Below, in pieces: positions 29,334-38,639 of a stretch of DNA of 64,000 bases. The first letter of the stretch is position 1; every line of letters starts with the position of its first letter. Below the pieces are notes generated by a model, which searched no databases, was not told the origin of the DNA, and saw only the letters and a list, made by a program, of their open reading frames with translations. The stretch spans positions 20,850 through 84,849 of IMG/VR virus record IMGVR_UViG_3300044691_000591. One strand, written 5' to 3'. This stretch comes from a virus. The position numbers were made by a program, and so were the translations under genes.

Positions 29334-29675
29334 TCAGCCGGTGACGGTCAGCGGATAGGCGGGGATGGCGACGATCTCCGGATTGTCGGTGACCCGCACC
29401 GACACCTGGTACTGACCCGGCGCCAGCTGCGTCGTACCACCCGGCCCGACCATGCACAGGGCCGTGTACCAGCCGCCCGCAGCAGTCGGGGTCACGCCGT
29501 CCCAGGAGCCCGCATACCAGTGCGCACCAACAAGAGCAGCCCCAGGCCCGGTGAACGCGAACTCGACCGTGTCGCCGGTCGGGTCGTGCGGGGCACCGCC
29601 TGAGGTCGCCCTCACCCAGGCCGGAACGAACTCCAGGGATGCCGCAGAAATGGACCTGGTCACGGGCACAGTCAC
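29334..29675 (-). CDS. hypothetical beta-sandwich virion protein
   Basis: Ig/BppU-like pattern (LAPGQYQVSVRVTDNPE); last gene of the fibre module. Confidence 0.65.
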   Translation of the reverse strand: MTVPVTRSISAASLEFVPAWVRATSGGAPHDPTGDTVEFAFTGPGAALVGAHWYAGSWDGVTPTAAGGWYTALCMVGPGGTTQLAPGQYQVSVRVTDNPEIVAIPAYPLTVTG

Positions 29676-29684
29676 GGGCTCACC

Positions 29685-30929
29685 TTACGCATCGGGTTCA
29701 CGGGCGGTCCAGCGCTGGACACCGGCCCTGGCCGTCCAGCGGGACTGTTCGGGGGCGCAGGCCGTCCAGCGCTCGGGGGCGGCCCTGACGGTGAAGACAA
29801 TGTCCCGACTGGCGGCGCCTGCGACGATCGGCCTCGCGGTGCCGGTCTCCACGGCCGGCCCGAGGGCGGCGGCCTTGGCGCCCGTCAGCGGCTGGGCCGC
29901 CTCGACGGATACGGCCACGCCGAGGGTTTGACTCGCCATGTGCGCCAGGGGCTGTGCGGACTCGGTCTGCGCGGCGACAGGAAGCGGCGCGGCCTTGGCC
30001 CCGGCGACGGCCTGCCCGGCGGCGACCTCAACCGCAGCACCGGGCGTGGCCGTCTTGCCGCCGGCCGGGGCCTGCGCGGAGTCGGCCGTGGCGGCAGGGC
30101 CGAGGAGGCTTGCCTTCGTGCCGGCCAGTGCCTGTGCCGACTCGGCCGCGGCGGCGAAGGCCAGGGCAGCGGCCTTGGCGCCCGTGGCGGGCTGCGCCGT
30201 CTCGGTGGCGGCTCCGATACTGAGCGGTGTCGTCTTCGTCCCGGTCACCGACTGGGCGGACTCGACGGCGCCCGCAAAAGTGATGGTGGCCGTCTTGGCG
30301 CCGGCGAGCGACTGCGCGGCGTCGGGCCCCGCGGCGATGCCGAGGGTGGCCGACTTCGCCCCCGTGAGCGTCTGGGTGGTCTCAATGCCGCTGGCGATGC
30401 CGAGGGTTGCGCCTTCGGTCACGTCCGCGGCGGCGAAGTTGTCGTAGCGGAGCGCGCTGGCTGAGTCGCCGCGGATGCCGACGCTGGTGCCGGTCGTGAC
30501 GGCCGTGTTGGTGACGGAGATGCGCAGGGTGCCGTTGACGTATCCGGTGATTGCCGAGCCGACTGCCTGGATCTTGACGACGTCGCCCGCTACGGCTGCC
30601 GCAGCGTAGGTGCCGATGCTGGTGAAGCTGCTGCCGACAACCTGGAACAGGTCCCAGCTCGTGCCGTTGTTGCGCAGCAGGTAGCCCTGGGTGAAGCCCA
30701 CATTTCCGCGGCACCACACGCCCTGGCTCGCCACCGTGGTTGCGGGGATGGCGACCTGCGCGTAGTGGTCGTTGCTGGCCATGGCGGTCGCGGCGCGCAG
30801 GACGATCGTGCCGCCTGCTGCGCCGGGTGAGAGCTGGTTGGAGACGACCGTCCAAGTGCCGGATACCTGGACCCAGCTGGCGCCGACAGCTCCGTCGGCG
30901 CGGTTGAAGTCGTCGGTGAACGTCGTCAC
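29685..30929 (-). CDS. fibre-like protein with lectin/ConA-like head and ten 20-aa repeats
   Basis: GTG start VTTFTDDFNRADG...YDNF; periodic A/T-rich repeats. Confidence 0.75.
   Translation of the reverse strand: MTTFTDDFNRADGAVGASWVQVSGTWTVVSNQLSPGAAGGTIVLRAATAMASNDHYAQVAIPATTVASQGVWCRGNVGFTQGYLLRNNGTSWDLFQVVGSSFTSIGTYAAAAVAGDVVKIQAVGSAITGYVNGTLRISVTNTAVTTGTSVGIRGDSASALRYDNFAAADVTEGATLGIASGIETTQTLTGAKSATLGIAAGPDAAQSLAGAKTATITFAGAVESAQSVTGTKTTPLSIGAATETAQPATGAKAAALAFAAAAESAQALAGTKASLLGPAATADSAQAPAGGKTATPGAAVEVAAGQAVAGAKAAPLPVAAQTESAQPLAHMASQTLGVAVSVEAAQPLTGAKAAALGPAVETGTARPIVAGAASRDIVFTVRAAPERWTACAPEQSRWTARAGVQRWTAREPDA
29811..30410 (-). repeat. ten degenerate 60-bp (20-aa) coding tandem repeats
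   Basis: ATLGIASGIETTQTLTGAKS / ATLGIAAGPDAAQSLAGAKT / ... / AALGPAVETGTARPIVAGAA. Confidence 0.85.
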
Positions 30930-30961
30930 GTCGGCGCCTCCCGCTGTCGGCCCGGTGGGAG

Positions 30962-31408
30962 TTACGCGGCGGAGGTGGCCCGGTAGAGGTCCGCGATGGC
31001 CAGGACGAAGGTGTTGCCGTCCGGCGTCCACGGCAGGTCGTGCTTGGTGAGCGGGATGAGGTCCGCGTCGGTGCCGGTGGTGGTATCGGGGTCGTAGCAG
31101 ACCACGACGGCGCTGATCGCGTTGCCGGTCGGTGCGGTGAAGGTGACGTCGGCGGCGTCGACGGCCACGCGGTCGCTGGTGTTGTCGACGGTGACGGTGA
31201 CGCTGGCGAGCGCCTTCCTGGTGACGGTGGTCTGCTCGTTGGTGGTGCCGGCGACCACGGAGCCGAAGTCGGCCTTGTCGCGCAGGACGGTGTCGGTCTC
31301 CAGGCCGCTGGTCTCCAGGGCGATGAGGACGAGGCCGTCGTTTGCGGCGGGCAGGCTGGCGTAGTAGGCCACCTTGCCGAGGGCGATGTTGAAGACGATG
31401 TTGGCCAC
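30962..31408 (-). CDS. virion structural protein (fibre/collar-type)
   Basis: RBS GGAGGAG, GTG start VANIVFNIALG; T/V-rich beta protein. Confidence 0.7.
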   Translation of the reverse strand: MANIVFNIALGKVAYYASLPAANDGLVLIALETSGLETDTVLRDKADFGSVVAGTTNEQTTVTRKALASVTVTVDNTSDRVAVDAADVTFTAPTGNAISAVVVCYDPDTTTGTDADLIPLTKHDLPWTPDGNTFVLAIADLYRATSAA

Positions 31409-31546
31409 GCTGATCTCCTCCACTCGGTCGAGTCGGGGGTGAACTGCGCGTTCGGCTTCGCGCGGGTCGCTGCCCTTGCTGTCGTGCTGCCAGCGTAGGG
31501 CATCAGGGGCGGCCATGGTCATCGTCGCCGGGCTGGCCGTGACATG

Positions 31547-31613
31547 CCGCAGCCCCCACTCGGCGGGGGGATGCGAGTGGGGGCTGCGGTGCACGGGTGT
31601 ACCAACCGTGCAC
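31547..31613. terminator. tandem hairpins (terminator or structured RNA)
   Basis: CCGCAGCCCCCACTCG...CGAGTGGGGGCTGCGG followed by GTGCACGG...CCGTGCAC. Confidence 0.55.
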
Positions 31614-31699
31614 CCAGCATGCCCGGTTGCGGGGCACACCGTGGGCGAATCACGCTGTTTCTGCTGCGCCGTCGGTGACTTGGCGTCACGATGGGGCGC

Positions 31700-31861
31700 A
31701 TGGAGACCGTCGTGACGGTGCAGGCGCGCAGCGAGGCCGAGGCTGAGCGGTGGCTGGAGAAGCTGCGCACGATCGGACTGGAGCCCGTGTCGGCGCCGAA
31801 GCAGCCGGTGGGGCGCGACAGGTGGATGGTCCGCGCCCGGCCCGCGACTCAGCCAGGTTGA
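31700..31861 (+). CDS. small hypothetical protein (53 aa)
   Basis: METVVTVQARSEAEAERWLEKL...; not in the ORF track. Confidence 0.5.
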   Translation: METVVTVQARSEAEAERWLEKLRTIGLEPVSAPKQPVGRDRWMVRARPATQPG

Positions 31862-32049
31862 TCGACGCGACTGCCGCTGTCCACGTCCACGCCGATCTTC
31901 TGCAGCTTCCCCCCGAACGACACCGTCGCGTTGACCACCGTCCCGCCGTCGGCCCCGGTCCGCATCGCGTCCTGCACGAACGCGGCCACCTCGTCCAGCG
32001 TCAGGAACTGGCCTCTGTCGGCCGCGTGCTCGACCTTCTTCTTCGCCAT
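31849..32049 (-). CDS. small hypothetical protein
   Basis: RBS GAGGATGAGG; MAKKKVEH... Confidence 0.55.
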   Translation of the reverse strand: MAKKKVEHAADRGQFLTLDEVAAFVQDAMRTGADGGTVVNATVSFGGKLQKIGVDVDSGSRVDQPG

Positions 32050-32098
32050 GCCCTCATCCTCTCGCGTCCACCGCGCCACCGTCCGGCGGTCGCGGGCG

Positions 32099-32731
32099 TC
32101 AGTGCCACGGTGCGGGGCCGGTCCGGGACGCCCAGGCGGCCAGGGCCTGCTCGTCGAACAGGCGCAGCCCGACGCGCCGGCCGAACGCGGCGGCCTGCTC
32201 GGTGAACGTGGACGTCGTCACCACTGCGGCGAGGTCTGCGCCGTGGATCTGCCGGTACGTGCCGTTGACCGCCTGCACCATCGGGGAGCGAACCGGGTTG
32301 CCGACGGCGTAGCGCTTGGCCTGGATCAGGATCCGGCGGCCGTCCGGGGTGGTGGCCAGTACGTCGGCGGCGAGGTCTCCTGCTCCGCCGACGACGGTGA
32401 CGTTGCGGCAGCCGTCGCGGCGGCACAGGTCGGCGAGGGCGTGCTCGAACTGGGTCGGGCTGAGCCGCCGGAAGTCCATGACGGGGCGCCGGCAGTAGGG
32501 CGCGATGGTGCGGCGCTGAGCGCGGTGCATCTTGATGTACACGAAGCCAATGGCGGTGGTGGCTGCGATTGCCGCAACGCAGATCATGATCTGCGGGTGC
32601 CGGGAGAGCCACAGTGCGGCGTCGAACAGGATCAGGGCGGCAATGATCAACATGGGGCCGGTGATCCGCTGGCGCTGTACGCGCCTGCGCAGTTGGGCTT
32701 TCGCCTGGCGCACGCGGAGAGGTGTGGTCAC
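32099..32731 (-). CDS. membrane-anchored Mrr-type restriction endonuclease (Mrr_cat)
   Basis: Two TMs, then LSPTQFEHALADL...GGAGDLAADV...ILIQAKRY...VVTTSTFT. Confidence 0.85.
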   Translation of the reverse strand: MTTPLRVRQAKAQLRRRVQRQRITGPMLIIAALILFDAALWLSRHPQIMICVAAIAATTAIGFVYIKMHRAQRRTIAPYCRRPVMDFRRLSPTQFEHALADLCRRDGCRNVTVVGGAGDLAADVLATTPDGRRILIQAKRYAVGNPVRSPMVQAVNGTYRQIHGADLAAVVTTSTFTEQAAAFGRRVGLRLFDEQALAAWASRTGPAPWH

Positions 32732-34995
32732 GACTGGCTCATCTCGGGGACAGGCAGCCCGTACTCGCCGCTGGCGGCCGGGTTGCGGAGGATGGTGCCG
32801 TCCTTGACCAGGCGGCTGACCGTGTTCTCGACCGTCTTGCGGGCGACACCGGACTGGTCCGTGATGGCGTCCAGGTGCAGGTAACCGACGTCCAGACCGA
32901 TCGGGTCGCGGTACTCGCCCAGGACCGTGAGGATCTTCTCCTGCGCCGTCGGCTCCTTCGCCGCGGCCGGCTTCGCCTGACCGGGCGTCCACTTCGCGGC
33001 GCCGTCCTCATCCTCGTCTTCGGCGGCTGGCCCGACGGGGACCAGCGCGATCTCGCCGCGGTCCTCCCACTCGGGCCAGTCGGCGGGAATGACGATCTGC
33101 TCCGGATCGAACAGGCCGGCGGCGGACTCCAGGATCCACAGGCGCATCATCTCGGCGCGGTCGTCGGGCCCGACGGTGTAGCCGACGCCGAACGTGCGGC
33201 TGGGGTCGTCGTCGGGGACCGTCGGGTCGTAGATCAGAGTGTCGTCCTCGTCGCTCTTCCAGAACGCCGGGATCTTGGCGGGGTCGACGCCCGCGAACGC
33301 GTCGGGCAGGTCGACCCGGTTCCTCTGGTCGCTGTCGGAGCGCAGCAGGATCAGGGCGCCGCCGTAGAACACGTTGTCGCGGATGGAGGTGTCCGAGCCC
33401 ATCTTGTCGAGGTTCAGGATCTGCCCGCACAGGATCAGGATCAGGCCCAGTGAGCGGCCCTGCTCGGCCAGGGCGGCGATGATGAATGCCGCCTCGGCCT
33501 TGTTGGTTGCCTTCTCGCCGAGGAGCTGGGCGAACTCGTCCAGGACCACGGCGGTGTAGGGCATGTCGGCGGTCGGGACGAAGTTCTTCATCCGCAGCCG
33601 CTGCGACTGCTCGACGCGGTGCAGGAGGAGGGCGTAGGCCACGCGCAGGGCGCCCATCGCACCGTCGATACCGCAGCCGGGGTAGGTGGCCATGTCCTCG
33701 ACGTCGGGGTTGCTGGAGCCCTTGGGGTCGGCGTAGATGATCGCGACCCGGTTGACGTGGTAGCTGAGGCACAGGAGCTGCAGCGCCCCGCCCTTCCCGG
33801 AGCCGGTCACCCCGGCGATCAGGACGTGCCGGGCGCCCATCCTGGTGTCGTACAGCTGCACGCGGGCAGGGCGGCCGGAGATGCCGGTACCCAGGTTCAC
33901 GAACCCGTTGGCGTTGGCGAGCAGCGTCTCGGGGCCAGGCAGGGGCTGGCCGGCTTCCAGGGGTGAGCGGTCCATGAGCCGGAGCTTGGCCCGGCGGGGG
34001 TTGTTCGTGGGTTCGACGGACGTCAGCAGGGTGGTGGTGCGAAGTGCTCCGGCGATGCGGTATGAGTCGGGGGCGGTGACGGCGTCGGTGTCCTCGTCGG
34101 CGACGACCCATGCGGCGATGCCACCGGTTGCAGGGTCGGGGACGATGCCCTCCAGGTGGGTGCCGGGCATGCAGCCGCCCTTGTGGCCCACACGCCGCAG
34201 CCACAGTGCCTCCAGGGCGCTGTACTCGGCCACGTCGACGGTCGGCGCGACCACGTCGACGTGGATGTGGCGAGAGCTGGTGTGCGGACCGTCAATGAGG
34301 TGGACCCGCGCCTCGGGGACGCCGTAGACCCCGGACACGGTCTCGGCGGTGACCGAGACGGGGCGGCCGGGCATCGAGTGGATCGTGCCCTCCCACGCCT
34401 CCGGGCTGTAGCCGGTCAGGGTGAGGTGCTGGCCGGGGTGCGCGCCGTCCTCGCTGGAGATCCAGTCGTGCCAGTACTGCAGGACGTCGCGCTCCGGCGT
34501 CGGCTCTGGGACTGGGGCGGCGGGCGCGCGGTAGGCGGCGACCGCGCGGGGCTTGCGCAGGACGCGGCGCAGCGCGAAGTGGATGTAGCCGGTCGCGGAC
34601 CACCAGGCCACCGACACAAAGCCGGCCACGGAGGGCAGCGTCATCCAGCCGGCGGCCAGGGAGTCGATTCCGGGCCAGCCGTACTGCGTCGCGGTGGCCG
34701 CCGCGGTGGCGGTCGCGATCGCGGAGACCAGGAACGGCTCGCGGTGGGCGCGCACGATGTCACCGCCCGGCAGGGCGTCCAAGTGCTCATCGGACAGCAG
34801 GTGCATGTAGTTCGCGCCGGCGGCCAGGGCGGGTACGGCCAGCAGGCAGCTGACGGTACTCGCGGCCTGACCGTCCAGCAGCGGCAGGGTCAGGGCGGTC
34901 GCCAGCGGGGCGGCGACCTGAGCCACGGCAAACCGCTTCTCGGCGGCAGGGTTCGGCAGCGCCTTGGCCGCGGGCGTGGTGTCGTTGGTGGTCAC
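32728..34995 (-). CDS. FtsK/SpoIIIE-family conjugal DNA translocase (Streptomyces TraB-like)
   Basis: N-terminal TMs; HVLIAGVTGSGKG Walker A; YADPKG; VVLDEFAQ Walker B; QGRSLG arginine finger; C-terminal winged helix. Confidence 0.88.
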   Translation of the reverse strand: MTTNDTTPAAKALPNPAAEKRFAVAQVAAPLATALTLPLLDGQAASTVSCLLAVPALAAGANYMHLLSDEHLDALPGGDIVRAHREPFLVSAIATATAAATATQYGWPGIDSLAAGWMTLPSVAGFVSVAWWSATGYIHFALRRVLRKPRAVAAYRAPAAPVPEPTPERDVLQYWHDWISSEDGAHPGQHLTLTGYSPEAWEGTIHSMPGRPVSVTAETVSGVYGVPEARVHLIDGPHTSSRHIHVDVVAPTVDVAEYSALEALWLRRVGHKGGCMPGTHLEGIVPDPATGGIAAWVVADEDTDAVTAPDSYRIAGALRTTTLLTSVEPTNNPRRAKLRLMDRSPLEAGQPLPGPETLLANANGFVNLGTGISGRPARVQLYDTRMGARHVLIAGVTGSGKGGALQLLCLSYHVNRVAIIYADPKGSSNPDVEDMATYPGCGIDGAMGALRVAYALLLHRVEQSQRLRMKNFVPTADMPYTAVVLDEFAQLLGEKATNKAEAAFIIAALAEQGRSLGLILILCGQILNLDKMGSDTSIRDNVFYGGALILLRSDSDQRNRVDLPDAFAGVDPAKIPAFWKSDEDDTLIYDPTVPDDDPSRTFGVGYTVGPDDRAEMMRLWILESAAGLFDPEQIVIPADWPEWEDRGEIALVPVGPAAEDEDEDGAAKWTPGQAKPAAAKEPTAQEKILTVLGEYRDPIGLDVGYLHLDAITDQSGVARKTVENTVSRLVKDGTILRNPAASGEYGLPVPEMSQS

Positions 34996-34999
34996 AGTC

Positions 35000-35368
35000 C
35001 TACTCCTGCCGGTACCAGGTGCGGTTGGCCATCTCGACGGGGGAGCGGTCGCGGGCTTCCTTGATGCCGCCGTGGGTGGTGACGGTCGCCTGCTCGGCGG
35101 CGACCGCCGCGCGGGATGCCTCGTCGGCGGCGTTGGCGTAGGCGAGCGCGGCCGTGGACACGCCCTGCATGATTCGCGAGACCTCGCGGGTCTCGGCAAC
35201 GGTCGCCGGATCGACCTTGAGGGCGGCGGTCTGCTCGGCGATGCGCCCGGTGTCCTTGGCCTGGGCGTCCATCGCGGAGGCCATCTTCTTGTGCCTCTGG
35301 GTGGCGCGCCGCACGTCCCGGGCCAGGGCCCGCGTCTCGCGCAGCAGTTCGCCATAGGTCAGTGCCAC
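35000..35368 (-). CDS. conjugation-associated helical protein
   Basis: All-alpha 122 aa just upstream of traB; HGGIKEARDRSP...RTWY tail. Confidence 0.7.
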   Translation of the reverse strand: MALTYGELLRETRALARDVRRATQRHKKMASAMDAQAKDTGRIAEQTAALKVDPATVAETREVSRIMQGVSTAALAYANAADEASRAAVAAEQATVTTHGGIKEARDRSPVEMANRTWYRQE

Positions 35369-35369
35369 G

Positions 35370-37037
35370 TCAGCCCCCCTGCTTGTCCATGTAGAACTCC
35401 CGCTCGGCGGGCGTGGTCAGAGGCGAGTCGACGACTGCCCGATAGATGCCGCCGTGCCGGGTCTCGGCGTTGGCGGCCAGGACGCGCACCGCTTCACTGC
35501 CGCGCTGGGCGCTCTTCTCGATCTCCTCGGCCCTCAGGCGCAGCACCTGGGATCGTTCCGCGAGGCGCGACAGAAGCGCGACGATCCGGGCACCCCCATG
35601 GACGCTCTTCGCGTTCTCGGCCAGGCGCTGCGCCCGGGTCGCCATCTCCACGGCCTGCAGGCGGGTGGCCTTGCTGCCCTCGGCGACGCGGCCCATCGCG
35701 GCCTTCTTGTCACCCAGGCGGCGTTCGAAGGCCTTGAGGGTGCGGACCTCGCCGCGGCTCATCGTGTGGCTCGCCCCGTCGGCGACGAACTCGACGGCCT
35801 TGTCTCCGACGGAGGTCACCCGTGCGGGCTCTGCAGCAGTCGGGGCCGGCTTCTTGGCGAGGTCGACGGTCGACCCGCTGGCCGGCGGCAGCTTCGGAGC
35901 GGCTGACTTCTTGGGCTTGACGGCGTTGCGGGCCCGGGTGTCGCTCATCTTCTTGCCCTCCGCCTTGTCGGCGGCGGTGCGGTCGTCCCAGCCGTCGACA
36001 GCGCCGTCCTTGTAGGCCCTGGCCTGTCCGACGGTCGCGGCGACGCGGGTGCCGTCGCGGTACCCGGCCTCCCGCGCGGGGCGGGTGCGCAGCTTCGGAG
36101 CGGCGGCCGGCTCGGTTGTCGCGGCCGGGCTCGGCTTGGCCGCGGCGCTGGTGTCCTTCACCAGATCGACGGGCGCAGTGTCGTCGGGCTTGATCGCAGC
36201 GGCGGTCTTGGTGTTCAGGCTCTTCGGGTCGGCCTTCTTCGTCAGGTCCGGTCCGTCGGGGCGCGCGGCAGCGGGCGTCGAGGGTTCCGGCGTCTTGGCT
36301 GCGGTGCCGCCTTTCGCGCTCGCGGGCCCCGCGGTCTTGGCGTCCGCCCCCTTGGGGCTCGGGCCCTTGGCGGTCTTGGTGTCGCGGTAGTCCCGGTCGT
36401 CGTTCTTGGAGACCGTGTCCGCTGTCGCGGCCTTCGCGTTCGACGTCTTCGCGGCGCTACTGTCCGCCTTCTTCAGATCCTTGTTGTCCCGGGCTGCAGT
36501 GTCGGCCTTCGACGTCCTGGCGTCGGAGGTCTTGGCGTCCGTCGCGGCCTTGCGGTCGCGGTTGGTCCTGCCCTGCTGCGTCTTGTTCCGGAGGTCGGCC
36601 AGCTTGCTGTCGCGGGTGGCGTGGGCCTTGCCGTCGTGCCGGTGCGTGCGCTCGGCCTTGTTCGTGCCGGTGCTGGTAGCGCCGGAGACCCGGGCCTCAG
36701 TGATGGTGTGGGTCCGCTTGACCGCTGTACCGCCGCGGGCCAGCCGGGCGGCCAGGGCGTGCACCAGGGCGGCCACGGCGCTGCCGCGGTTGTTGTCGCC
36801 TGGACTGGCCTTGCCGTTCTTGCCGTTGCCGCCCTTGGCGCTGGCCTCCTCGGAGACCTCGCCCATGGTCGCCGTGGTCCCCAGCGGCTTCACCGGCCGG
36901 GCGGGCTCGACCGGCGTCAGGATCCGCGCAAGCGGGCCCGGCGCCGTGGCCGGGGCGGCTGCAGCAGCGGGTCCTGCGGGCGCGGCCGACTGCTCGGTCA
37001 CACCGGCCGGGACGGGCGGCGCGGTCGCTGTCGCCAT
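35370..37037 (-). CDS. A/K/P-rich transfer-region protein with conserved C-terminal helical domain
   Basis: RBS GAGGAG; low-complexity N-terminus; C-terminus paralogous to 35000-35368. Confidence 0.7.
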   Translation of the reverse strand: MATATAPPVPAGVTEQSAAPAGPAAAAAPATAPGPLARILTPVEPARPVKPLGTTATMGEVSEEASAKGGNGKNGKASPGDNNRGSAVAALVHALAARLARGGTAVKRTHTITEARVSGATSTGTNKAERTHRHDGKAHATRDSKLADLRNKTQQGRTNRDRKAATDAKTSDARTSKADTAARDNKDLKKADSSAAKTSNAKAATADTVSKNDDRDYRDTKTAKGPSPKGADAKTAGPASAKGGTAAKTPEPSTPAAARPDGPDLTKKADPKSLNTKTAAAIKPDDTAPVDLVKDTSAAAKPSPAATTEPAAAPKLRTRPAREAGYRDGTRVAATVGQARAYKDGAVDGWDDRTAADKAEGKKMSDTRARNAVKPKKSAAPKLPPASGSTVDLAKKPAPTAAEPARVTSVGDKAVEFVADGASHTMSRGEVRTLKAFERRLGDKKAAMGRVAEGSKATRLQAVEMATRAQRLAENAKSVHGGARIVALLSRLAERSQVLRLRAEEIEKSAQRGSEAVRVLAANAETRHGGIYRAVVDSPLTTPAEREFYMDKQGG

Positions 37038-37059
37038 CACGGACTCCTCTCTCGATTGA

Positions 37060-37165
37060 CCCCCCACCCACCCCCCACCCGACCTGAGAGAACAGGGTCG
37101 GGGCTCTGACCTGCACGGGAGAGCCGTATGCGCGCTCTCTTGGCGGGTGGGGGGTGGGTGGGGGG
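37060..37165. repeat. perfect 22-bp G/C-run inverted repeat
   Basis: CCCCCCACCCACCCCCCACCCG (37060-37081) pairs with CGGGTGGGGGGTGGGTGGGGGG (37144-37165). Confidence 0.9.
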
Positions 37166-37171
37166 AGATGA

Positions 37172-37741
37172 CTAACGGCTGCGTGCGGTCAGCAACTTCT
37201 TCGCCTTGCCGCCGACCAGCACGACACCGATCGACCCCAGGACGATCAGCCCGACGTTCGAGCCGGTCCCCGCCCCACCGCCGGTGCTGCTGGTGCTCGA
37301 CGCGTCGGCCAGGGCGGGCGAACCGGTCGCCGGGTAGATCGAGCCGCAGTCCGACACCCCGCCGAAGTTGTTGCCGGCCTTCGCGATGCACGCCTCCACC
37401 GCGAGACGACGAGCCCGCTGAGCAGGGGTTTCCTGCGCAGCGGCCTTCGCCTGGGCGGCGGCCTGCTGCTCCTGGGCCAGCTGCACCCTCGCCGCATCCA
37501 CGGCGACCTGGCCGGCGCGGATATGCGCGTTGGCCTGGTTGGCCTCGTACTGCGACCACGTGAACATGCCAGTGGCCGCCACGGCCGCGAAGCCAAGACC
37601 GAGACCGGCCTTGGCGCGAGGGCTGAGCTTGGCCGGCGGCGGGGGCTCCGTCGGCTTCGGCGTCTGGTAGGGCTGATAGGGCATCGAGCTGATGTTGTAG
37701 CCGGGATCGTTGTAGGGGGACTGGTAGCGGTACTCGGTCAT
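37172..37741 (-). CDS. membrane protein (Spd-like)
   Basis: TM at each end with a coiled coil between; coupled to the spdA-like gene. Confidence 0.7.
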   Translation of the reverse strand: MTEYRYQSPYNDPGYNISSMPYQPYQTPKPTEPPPPAKLSPRAKAGLGLGFAAVAATGMFTWSQYEANQANAHIRAGQVAVDAARVQLAQEQQAAAQAKAAAQETPAQRARRLAVEACIAKAGNNFGGVSDCGSIYPATGSPALADASSTSSTGGGAGTGSNVGLIVLGSIGVVLVGGKAKKLLTARSR

Positions 37742-38637
37742 TGCTCTTCTCCATTCAGGGCTGGGACATCTGCGCGGTCGAGGATCTCCGCGCGGATCGT
37801 CTTCGCGACGGTGTCCGAAGGCAGCCCGTGGCCGGCTCGGTCGATCGCTTGGGCGAACTCGTTGGCGGTCGGCTGGCGCCGGAGGCGTTGGAACTCGGCG
37901 TGGAAAATCGGCTTGGCGATCTCCACCCACTCGTCGAGTGGGCGACGGGGCGGTCGCTTCCCGGCGGCGGAACGGGGCGCCTTCGGTCGACGAGTCGTCG
38001 GCGGCTTGGCCGGCTTCTCGTCGACGGAAGGTGCGTCGGAACGGTCGACGGAAGCCGTCGGGTCGTCGACGGTTCGGGCCGGTTCCGACGCGACGGGAAG
38101 CGTCGGTTCGACGCCGCTCCCGTCGACGGGAGCCCGTGTTCCGTCGGTCGTTCCGTCGTCGGCAGCGGACTGATCCGTCGCAGCATCCGTCAATGACTCG
38201 GTCGGCTCCCGTCGCGGGGTGAGGAACTTCTTGATCTGTCCCATGAGGACTGCGAATGACAAAAGCGCGCCGCAAGGTGGGACCGCTGCGACGACGTAGG
38301 TCATGGGCGCGGCGCCTGCTCCGACGCCGGCAACGTTGAGGGCAACGGAGCCGACGGAGCCGATCAGAGTCAGGCAGATGGCCCACCCGTCAGTCCGGCG
38401 GAGCAGGTTGGCGACGAGGACCATCACCTCGCCGAGGACGATGAAGGTGTCGACGGTGCCGGGCCACGCCCAGGCGCGAGCTGCTCTGAGGCCGTGGCCG
38501 CTGGCAACGTCGTGGAGGTGCTCGTAGGAGAGCCAGAACGCTGCGGCGGTCAGGGCGATGGAGAGGATGACCGCGAGCAGCATGAGGCGCCGGATAGTCT
38601 CCGGCGAAGCGACGGGACTGTCGTCGGTCTCGGTCAT
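37738..38637 (-). CDS. SpdA-like DUF2637 membrane protein
   Basis: AAFWLSYEHLHDVA...RAWAWPGTVDTFIV...SVALNVAG...VAAVPP. Confidence 0.8.
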   Translation of the reverse strand: MTETDDSPVASPETIRRLMLLAVILSIALTAAAFWLSYEHLHDVASGHGLRAARAWAWPGTVDTFIVLGEVMVLVANLLRRTDGWAICLTLIGSVGSVALNVAGVGAGAAPMTYVVAAVPPCGALLSFAVLMGQIKKFLTPRREPTESLTDAATDQSAADDGTTDGTRAPVDGSGVEPTLPVASEPARTVDDPTASVDRSDAPSVDEKPAKPPTTRRPKAPRSAAGKRPPRRPLDEWVEIAKPIFHAEFQRLRRQPTANEFAQAIDRAGHGLPSDTVAKTIRAEILDRADVPALNGEEQ

Positions 38638-38639
38638 GG

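Noticed and set aside
29811-30410. Periodic repeats as a possible CRISPR array or DGR
   Set aside because: They are degenerate in-frame coding repeats; there is no repeat-spacer structure and no cas or reverse transcriptase gene in the window
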